This document shows positions 57,991-64,000 of a DNA stretch of 64,000 bases, in pieces. This DNA comes from an uncultured Acidimicrobiales bacterium (GTDB taxonomy: Bacteria; Actinomycetota; Acidimicrobiia; Acidimicrobiales; RAAP-2), in contig CAVXSW010000005.1 of the NCBI GenBank assembly GCA_963764555.1, positions 821,264 through 885,263 on the forward strand. Reading direction: 5' to 3'. The translations under genes and the position numbers were made by a program. How positions within the stretch are numbered: position 1 is the stretch's first letter; each line of letters starts with the position of its first letter. A model generated the notes under the pieces. That model was not told the origin of the DNA and did not search any database. It worked only from the letters and a program-made list of their open reading frames with translations.

Positions 57991-58479
57991 ATGCGCGAGC
58001 ACCGCTACACCTTGGAGATGCCCCATTCGGCCGCCCGTATCTGGGCGCTCTTCCAGGACTACGACCGCTGGACCGACTACGCCCCGATGGTCCGCCGCGT
58101 CGAGGTGCTCCACCCCGGTGACGAGGACCACAACGGGCGGCTGCGGCGGGTCATCTACAAGATGCCCTTCGGTCGCGAGGGTGCGGCGCTCGAACTGGTC
58201 ACCGATGTCGAGCCCGAGCGCGGGTACACCTACACGATGATCTCCGCCAAGCCCGGTAACGACCAGGTGGGCCACATCCGGCTCGTGCCGCTCGATGCCA
58301 ACCGGACCCGGTTCGAGTTCGACGAGCGCTACCACCTGACCTCGGCGCCCTGGCGCTGGTTCGAGGCGCCGATCTACCGGTTCATCAACAAGAACAACGA
58401 GGACAGCATGCGGCGGGCATCGGCATGGCTGAGCGACCATCCCGAGTACCGCCCGGACCTGGTCGCACCTCCGGCGTAG
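57991..58479 (+). CDS. SRPBCC (START/polyketide cyclase-like) family protein
   Basis: 162 aa. IWALFQDYDRWTDYAPMV...RTRFEFDERY, typical SRPBCC pattern. Confidence 0.7.
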   Translation: MREHRYTLEMPHSAARIWALFQDYDRWTDYAPMVRRVEVLHPGDEDHNGRLRRVIYKMPFGREGAALELVTDVEPERGYTYTMISAKPGNDQVGHIRLVPLDANRTRFEFDERYHLTSAPWRWFEAPIYRFINKNNEDSMRRASAWLSDHPEYRPDLVAPPA

Positions 58480-58585
58480 CTCTGCCGCCACTCCGCCGCC
58501 GCTACTCCGCCGCCGCTACTCCGCCGCCTGCTCCGCCGCCGCTACTCCGCTTGCTCCGCCGCCGCTACTCCGCCGCCTCCACCTC
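58480..58585. repeat. 14-nt tandem repeats (CTCCGCCGCCGCTA and shorter variants) in a convergent intergenic region, each carrying the hydrolase stop codon context
   Basis: ctccgccgccgcta occurs four times, interleaved with ctccgccgcctg / ctccgcttg. On the minus strand each unit reads ...GCGGCGGAG-TAG, identical to the real C-terminus ...EAAE-stop at 58565. Confidence 0.9.
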
Positions 58586-59449
58586 GGTCTCGTCAGCCGC
58601 CCGGCGGTGGGGCTCGGAGTGGTCCCAGTCGGCGAGCAGCGTGCGCAGCGCGGTCAGCAGGATGAGAGGTTGGTCGAGCATGGCGTGGTGGCCCGCCTCG
58701 GGGATCTCGACGACCGGGGTGACCCGGCCCATCTCCTCGTACATCTCGCGGCCGAGGTCGGCGGTCACCAGCCCGTTCTCCGATCGCAGCAGGGCGAGCC
58801 GGCAGCGCACCCTCGAGAGGTAGGGCATCGCCACCCCGCGGATCCCCTCGCCGAATTGGGCGAACACGCGGCGGTCGAACTTCCACTGGAAGCCGCCGGC
58901 CACCGGGCGCACCGACTGCCGGGCGACATGGTCGATCACGTAGTCGAGGTAGTGCTTCTGGGATGGGACGGTGCGGAAGTGGGCGACGGCATCGTCGACG
59001 GTCGGATAGACCCGGGGCCGGCCGAACGCCTCGCGCAGGTGGTAGGCGCCGATCTCGGGGTCGGGCTCGGTCACCGGCGAGTCGCAGATGATGGCCCCGC
59101 TGACCCGTTCGCCGTGGCGGGCGGCGGTGGCGATGGTCACCATGCCGCCCATGCTGTGCCCGATGATCACCGGCGGGCCGTCGATCCCGCAGCTGTCCGC
59201 CACCGCCATCACCTCGTCGGTCCACTGCTCGAGCGAGTAGGCGGACCGGTGGCCGCTGTCCCCGTGTCCCGACAGGTCGAGCGCCAGGACCCGGAACTCC
59301 CGGTGGAAGGTGGACGCCACATGGGTCCACCAGTGGGCGTGGGCGCCGCCCCCGTGGACGAAGACGAGGCCACGGGCGCCCTCGCGGCCCCAGGCCAACG
59401 TGTGGATGGGGCACCCGCCCACGTCGATCTCGAGGTCGGCTGGCGGCAC
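58565..59449 (-). CDS. alpha/beta hydrolase
   Basis: LVFVHGGGAHAHWW, GHSMGG nucleophile elbow, and a C-terminal EAGHHAMLDQP His motif. 294 aa. Confidence 0.8.
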   Translation of the reverse strand: MPPADLEIDVGGCPIHTLAWGREGARGLVFVHGGGAHAHWWTHVASTFHREFRVLALDLSGHGDSGHRSAYSLEQWTDEVMAVADSCGIDGPPVIIGHSMGGMVTIATAARHGERVSGAIICDSPVTEPDPEIGAYHLREAFGRPRVYPTVDDAVAHFRTVPSQKHYLDYVIDHVARQSVRPVAGGFQWKFDRRVFAQFGEGIRGVAMPYLSRVRCRLALLRSENGLVTADLGREMYEEMGRVTPVVEIPEAGHHAMLDQPLILLTALRTLLADWDHSEPHRRAADETEVEAAE

Positions 59450-59627
59450 GGCCAGGGCCGCCCGGAACCATCCCGGGGCTCCGGCGAGCGGCCGGAGGCC
59501 CTCCGCCGCCCGGGTCCGCGTCCCGGTCCGCGTCCTCGCCGGCCATCCGTGGCATGCCCGACATTCTGGCGGCTGACCCGGCCGCGGTCGGGTGGCGGTC
59601 GCCCCGGGCCGGCGCCGGGCCGCCTCC

Positions 59628-59800
59628 TCAGCTGTCGAAGGGAAGGGTGGCGCCCGTCTCCAGGAGGGTCTTGAGGTCGGAGAGGACCTTCGGCCAGCCG
59701 CCGCTCACCATGGTGGCCACCAGGCTGCCGGGCTCGAAGTGGCCGTGGACGACGGTGTGCTTCACCATGCCCTCCGATGTCGAAGGTGACCGTCGACCGA
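59628..59800 (-). pseudogene. truncated, frame-broken remnant of an SRPBCC/AHSA1-like gene
   Basis: STVTFDI(G)G in one frame, then MVKHTVVHGHFEPGS...GGWPKVLSDLKTLLETG (typical AHSA1-family C-terminus) in another. There is no room for the N-terminal half before the divergent ACAD gene. Confidence 0.4.
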
Positions 59801-59871
59801 GCTTCGGCGCTGATCGCCGCCTGTCGACGTCCCGTCGACGATCTATTGTCGGAGCAGGCAAAGGAGCGCAC

Positions 59872-61215
59872 GTGGTCCAGTCCGTCCAGTCGACAGCCGC
59901 ACCGAGCAGCGAGGAGCTCGTCGACGAGCTCCGGGCCTGGCTCGAGGACCAATGGGACCCCGACCTGACCGTCGGCGAATGGTGGGAGCGTCTCGGACTG
60001 GCCGGCTGGTCGGCTCCGACCCTGCCCGCCGACGCCTACGGGCGCGGGGCCTCGCGCAGCGCCGCCATCGCCGTCGCCAGGCAGATCAGCGACTTCGGGG
60101 CGCTCGGCGCGCCGAACGGCCTCGGCCTGATGCTGGCGGCGCCGACCATCGCCGAGCACGGCAGCCGGGAGCAGATCGACGGGTTCGTGCGCGACATCGT
60201 GACCGGCCGGCGCGCCTGGTGCCAGCTGTTCAGCGAGCCCGGAGCGGGTTCGGACCTGGCCGGTCTCACCACCCGGGCCGTCGAGGACGGCGACGAGTGG
60301 ATCGTGAACGGACAGAAGGTGTGGACCTCCCTCGGCCAGAGCGCCGACCTCGGGATGTTGCTCGCCCGCACCGATCCCGAGCTGCCCAAGCACCAGGGCA
60401 TCACCTACTTCGCCCTCGACATGGACCAACCCGGCATCGAGGTGCGGCCGCTCCGCGAGATGACCGGCCACGCCATGTTCAACGAGGTGTTCATCACCGA
60501 CGCCCGGGTGCCGGTCTCGTCGATCATCGGCGGACGGGGCAACGGGTGGGCGGTGGCCAACACCACGCTCGGGTACGAGCGGGCCGGCCTCGGGGCCGGG
60601 GGCGGGAACGCCGGGGCTGCCCTCGTCACCGCCGGGTCGGTCGCCGGCAACCTGTCGCGCCGGGTCGGCGATTTCGTGGCCGGTCCGGGCGATGCGGCAC
60701 CGAAGGTCGCCCCCCGGGCCCGCCGCGGACCTCGCATGGCCGGCGTGCTCGATCTCCTCGCCGGGGTGGCCCGGGGCAACGGGAAGAGCACCGACCCGAC
60801 CATCCGCCAGGACCTGATGCGCCTCCACACCCTCGAGGAGCTCGGTCGCTACAACACCGAGCGCCTGAAGGCGGCCCGGGCGGCCGGGCGGGACATCCCC
60901 GGCATGGCCAACCTCTCGAAGCTCGCCATGAGCGCCATCGTGCGGCTCCAGCGCGACCTCGGCCTGCGCATCGTGGGGGCCCAGGGCATGCTGCACGCCT
61001 ACGACCCGGCCGACCAGGCCGCGCTCGACGAAGCCACCGGCAACCCGGTGCTCGCCGCCATCACGACCACCGCCCTCTACGCCCAGGCCCCCTCCATCTA
61101 CGGCGGCACCGACCAGATCCAGCGCAACATCGTGGGCGAGCGGGTGCTCGGTCTGCCCAAGGAGCCGTCGAAGGACCGGGAGGTTCCCTTCTCGGAGCTG
61201 CCGAAGAACGGCTGA
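59872..61215 (+). CDS. acyl-CoA dehydrogenase family protein
   Basis: WCQLFSEPGAGSDLAGLTTRA...DGDEWIVNGQKVWTS...IYGGTDQIQRNIVGERVLGLP. GTG 59872 lies after AAAGGAG. Confidence 0.85.
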   Translation: MVQSVQSTAAPSSEELVDELRAWLEDQWDPDLTVGEWWERLGLAGWSAPTLPADAYGRGASRSAAIAVARQISDFGALGAPNGLGLMLAAPTIAEHGSREQIDGFVRDIVTGRRAWCQLFSEPGAGSDLAGLTTRAVEDGDEWIVNGQKVWTSLGQSADLGMLLARTDPELPKHQGITYFALDMDQPGIEVRPLREMTGHAMFNEVFITDARVPVSSIIGGRGNGWAVANTTLGYERAGLGAGGGNAGAALVTAGSVAGNLSRRVGDFVAGPGDAAPKVAPRARRGPRMAGVLDLLAGVARGNGKSTDPTIRQDLMRLHTLEELGRYNTERLKAARAAGRDIPGMANLSKLAMSAIVRLQRDLGLRIVGAQGMLHAYDPADQAALDEATGNPVLAAITTTALYAQAPSIYGGTDQIQRNIVGERVLGLPKEPSKDREVPFSELPKNG

Positions 61216-61313
61216 TCGGGGCTCGGGCGGTCGCGCCGGGCTGCGGCGAGGGGACGGGACGAGCGGAACGGGACGACCTGGCAGTCGAGACTGTCGGGCA
61301 GGGAAGGAGCGCA

Positions 61314-62232
61314 ATGGCAGGCATCTGCGACGGCAGGGTGGTGATCGTGACCGGGGCCGGCCGCGGCATCGGGCGGGGGCACGCCATCGAGTTCGCCCGC
61401 CAGGGCGCCCGCGTGGTGGTCAACGACCTCGGTGCCGAGGTCGACGGCACCGGGTCCTCGGCCGGCCCGGCGGGTGAGGTCGTCGACGAGATCCGGGGGA
61501 TGGGCGCCGAGGCCGTCGCCAACGGCGAGGACGTGAGCGACTGGGAGGGTGCGAAGCGCCTGGTCGACACGGCCGTCGTCGACCTTCGGCGGGCTCGACG
61601 TCCTGGTCAACAACGCCGGGATCCTGCGGGACCGGATGCTGGTGAACATGACCGACAGCGAGTGGGACGCGGTCATCCGGGTCCACCTGCGGGGGACCTT
61701 CGCCCCGATGCGGTGGGCCGCCGGCTACTGGCGGAACCGGACCAAGGAGGGCGGCGCCAACGACGCCCGGATCATCAACACCACGTCGCCCTCGGGCATC
61801 TACGGCAACGTCGGGCAGACCAACTACGGGGCGGCCAAGGCCGGCATCGCCTCGATGACGATCATCGCCGCCATGGAGCTCGAGCGCTACGGCATCACCG
61901 TCAACGCCATCGCCCCGGCCGCGCTGACCCGGATGACCGAAAACCTGGGCTTCGGCCAGCAGGCACGCGAGCGCAAGCCCGACGAGTTCGACCGCAACGA
62001 CCCCGACAACATCGCGCCGCTGGTGGTCTGGTTGGGGAGCTCGGCCTCGAGCGGCATCACCGGCCGGGTCTTCACCGTGCACGGCGGGCACATCAGCGTG
62101 GCCGAGGGCTGGGTCGAAGGACCCGCCGTCGACCAGGACGACCGGTGGGACACCGCCGCCCTCGGCGACGTCATCCCGGGCCTGGTGGCCAAAGCGGCCC
62201 CCAACGCCAACATGCTGGGCCGGCGGGAGTAG
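61314..62232 (+). pseudogene. SDR family oxidoreductase (MFE-2/Rv0148-like), one frame break
   Basis: VVIVTGAGRGIGRGHA...KRLVDTAVV, then after an extra base near 61581 TFGGLDVLVNNAG...YGAAKAG. GGAAGGAG SD before ATG 61314. Confidence 0.8.
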
Positions 62233-62282
62233 TGGCCGTGGCCCGTCCCGAAGAGGGCCCGGCGGCGCCCTCCGCCGGCACC

Positions 62283-63342
62283 ATGGAGGCCACCTACAAG
62301 GTGGTCGAGGACCACGCCGAGCGCATCTTCCTCTGGGACTACGACCGGTGCCGCACCCAGCTGGTGACCCTCTACAACAAGGCCATGGGATCGCAGTGGA
62401 ACAGCGTGACCGACCTGGACTGGGACACCGACGTCGATCCCGAGGCACTGGTCGATCCGGACGGCCCGGGGCTCCGCCTGGCACGGCTGGCGGCCGACGA
62501 GCCCGGGTCGCCCATCGCCGCCTGGGGCGACGCCGAGTTCACCGCCCTCGGCGTCGAGATGTTCAAGGCGTCGATCAGCCAGTTCATGCACGGGGAGCAG
62601 GGCGCCATGCTCACGGCGGCGAAGATCGTCGAGACCGTCCCGTGGATCGACGCCAAGTACTACGCCGCCACCCAGACCATGGACGAGGCGCGCCACACCG
62701 AGGTGTTCGCCCGCTACCTCGACGAGAAGGTGGGCGAGGCCTACCCGATGAGCCCCTTCCTCGACGAGCAGATCACCTCGCTGCTCGAGGACAGCCGCTG
62801 GGACATCGCCTATCTCGGGATGCAGATCGTGATCGAGAGCCTGGCGCTGGCCGCCTTCGGGGACATGCTCCGGCGGACCGAGGAGCCGCTGCTGCGCAAG
62901 CTGCTCCGCTACGTGATGTCGGACGAGGCCCGTCACGTGGCCTTCGGCGTCCTCACCCTCAAGGAGTTCTACACCGGGCTCACCGACGGCGAGCTCCAGC
63001 GACCGCCAGGAGTTCCTCCTCGACAACACCCTGCGCAACCGGGCCCGGGCGACCACCCCCGAGGTGTGGGAGCGGCTCGGGGTCGACCTGCACGCCCTCG
63101 TGCCGCACCTGGCGGCGGCGGCCGGGAAGATGAAGACCAGCCCGCTCGCCGGGTTCCAGCGGGCCTTCTTCTCCAAGCTGGTGCCGAACGTGGCGAAGCT
63201 CGGGCTGCTGGACGCCAACCAGGGGCTCCTCCGGCGCCGCTGGGGCGAGGTCGGGCTGCTCGAGTTCGAGCACGGCGACGACACCGCCAGCGACTACTCG
63301 AGCTACGACGAGGTGGCCAAGGACCGGGACGCCGTCCGGTGA
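62283..63342 (+). pseudogene. ferritin-like diiron-carboxylate protein, one frame break
   Basis: Two ExxH motifs (MDEARHTEVF, SDEARHVAFG). After a break near 63000 it continues DRQEFLLDNTLRNRA...WERLGVDL... to the stop at 63342. Alternative start GTG 62232 overlaps the SDR stop. Confidence 0.65.
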
Positions 63343-64000
63343 TCGTCGACCCGGAGGGGGCGGGGTTCGACCCGGCGACGGCTCGAGCGGCTGACCGAGC
63401 ACTTCGAGGGCCGCTACGTCTCGACCGGGAAGATCCCCGGCTGCCAGATCGCGGTGGCGCGCTGGGGCAAGACCGCCTACTGGCGATCGCTCGGCCTCAT
63501 GGACGCCGAGCGGTCCGAGCCGGTCGCCGACGACACCATCTGGCGGATCTACTCGATGACCAAGCCGGTCACCTCGATCGCCCTCATGCAGCTCTACGAG
63601 CAGGGCCGGTTCCAGCTGGCCGACCCGGTGCACCGGTACATCCCCGAATGGCGCGACCTGGCGGTCGGCGAGGTGGCCGCCGACGGGTCGATCCGCACCG
63701 TCGAGGCCGCCCGGCCCGTCTCGGTGCGCGACGCCCTCACCCACATGACCGGCCTGGCCGGCGGCGTGTCGGCGGGCCACCCGCCTCGACGCCCGCTTCG
63801 CCGAGGAGCTGCGGGCCGCCCGCCACGGCATGACCCTCGAGGGGGTCTGCTCGCTCCTGGCCCGGTTCCCCCTCAAGTTCCAGCCCGGCACCCGATGGAA
63901 CTACGGGCTGTCGACCGATGTCTGCGCCCGCCTGGTCGAGATCCTCTCGGGCCGCCCCTTCGACGAGTACCTCCGGACCGAGGTGTTCGAGCCCCTCGGG
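63339..64000 (+). pseudogene. serine hydrolase / beta-lactamase (class C, EstB-like) family, 5' partial at window end, two frame breaks
   Basis: GTGA overlap with the previous gene. LERLTEHFEGRYVSTGKIPG...IYSMTKPVTS (SxxK)...LTHMTGL...WNYGLSTD. Breaks near 63381 and 63784. Runs off the window. Confidence 0.75.

Noticed and set aside
19141-58585. CRISPR array interpretation of the tandem repeats
   Set aside because: Units are 8-25 nt and directly adjacent with no unique spacers. There are no cas genes in the window.
59952-63833. 1293-aa plus-strand ORF spanning the ACAD, SDR, ferritin-like and beta-lactamase genes
   Set aside because: It is a chimera. It is out of frame (garbage) over the ACAD gene, in frame for the first part of the SDR and of the ferritin-like gene, then garbage again. 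It reflects frame breaks plus the absence of stops, not one protein.
5122-64000. Programmed ribosomal frameshifting or transcriptional slippage as the explanation for the frame breaks
   Set aside because: There are too many sites (up to 11 in one gene) and no shared slippery heptamer or downstream structure. The contexts are ordinary GC-rich codons. The homopolymer cases are only 5-6 nt long.
1-64000. Genomic island, prophage or mobile element
   Set aside because: No integrase, transposase, recombinase, phage structural gene or flanking long repeat was found. Composition looks uniform apart from short AT-rich promoter patches.

Overview
Very high-GC (roughly 70% or more by eye), gene-dense chromosomal segment of actinobacterial type. 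It holds about 55 protein-coding genes. I found no rRNA, no convincing tRNA, no CRISPR array and no integrase or transposase. The content is accessory metabolism plus envelope and signalling functions. It includes two ABC-2 exporter operons, a D-aminoacylase with a TauD-type dioxygenase, and an MMPL transporter next to a DesK/NarL-type two-component pair. It also includes a MEDS-domain partner-switching pair (RsbW-like kinase plus STAS protein) and a DUF1707/LiaF-like adenylate cyclase. There are two Ntn hydrolases (C69-like and penicillin/AHL-acylase family), xylA-xylB, a GH15 enzyme and a large SARP/AfsR-type ATPase regulator. Further units are a solute-binding protein / amidohydrolase / permuted-papain (C92) operon, a MarR-DUF3224 pair, DedA, and a CoA-dependent lipid/xenobiotic cluster at 53.5-64 kb. 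Two window-wide peculiarities stand out beyond the gene list. (1) About two dozen reading-frame breaks occur in only a subset of genes, 11 of them in the MMPL gene alone. Nearly all shift the frame in the same direction, as a +1-nt insertion would, while more than 40 kb of neighbouring long ORFs are intact. This looks more like locally poor consensus than decay, but it needs read-level checking. (2) Short tandem duplications of 8-25 nt units sit exactly on Shine-Dalgarno/start-codon or stop-codon boundaries of many genes. One is a perfect 7-copy octamer array abutting the SD of a cNMP-binding gene. I see no classical defence, phage or mobile system. The best candidates for uncharacterised biology are the MEDS partner-switching pair, the beta-propeller lipoprotein/ABC-2 exporter operon, the SBP-amidohydrolase-C92 operon and the boundary repeats. 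All calls come from reading the ORF translations and the sequence by eye; no database search was run.
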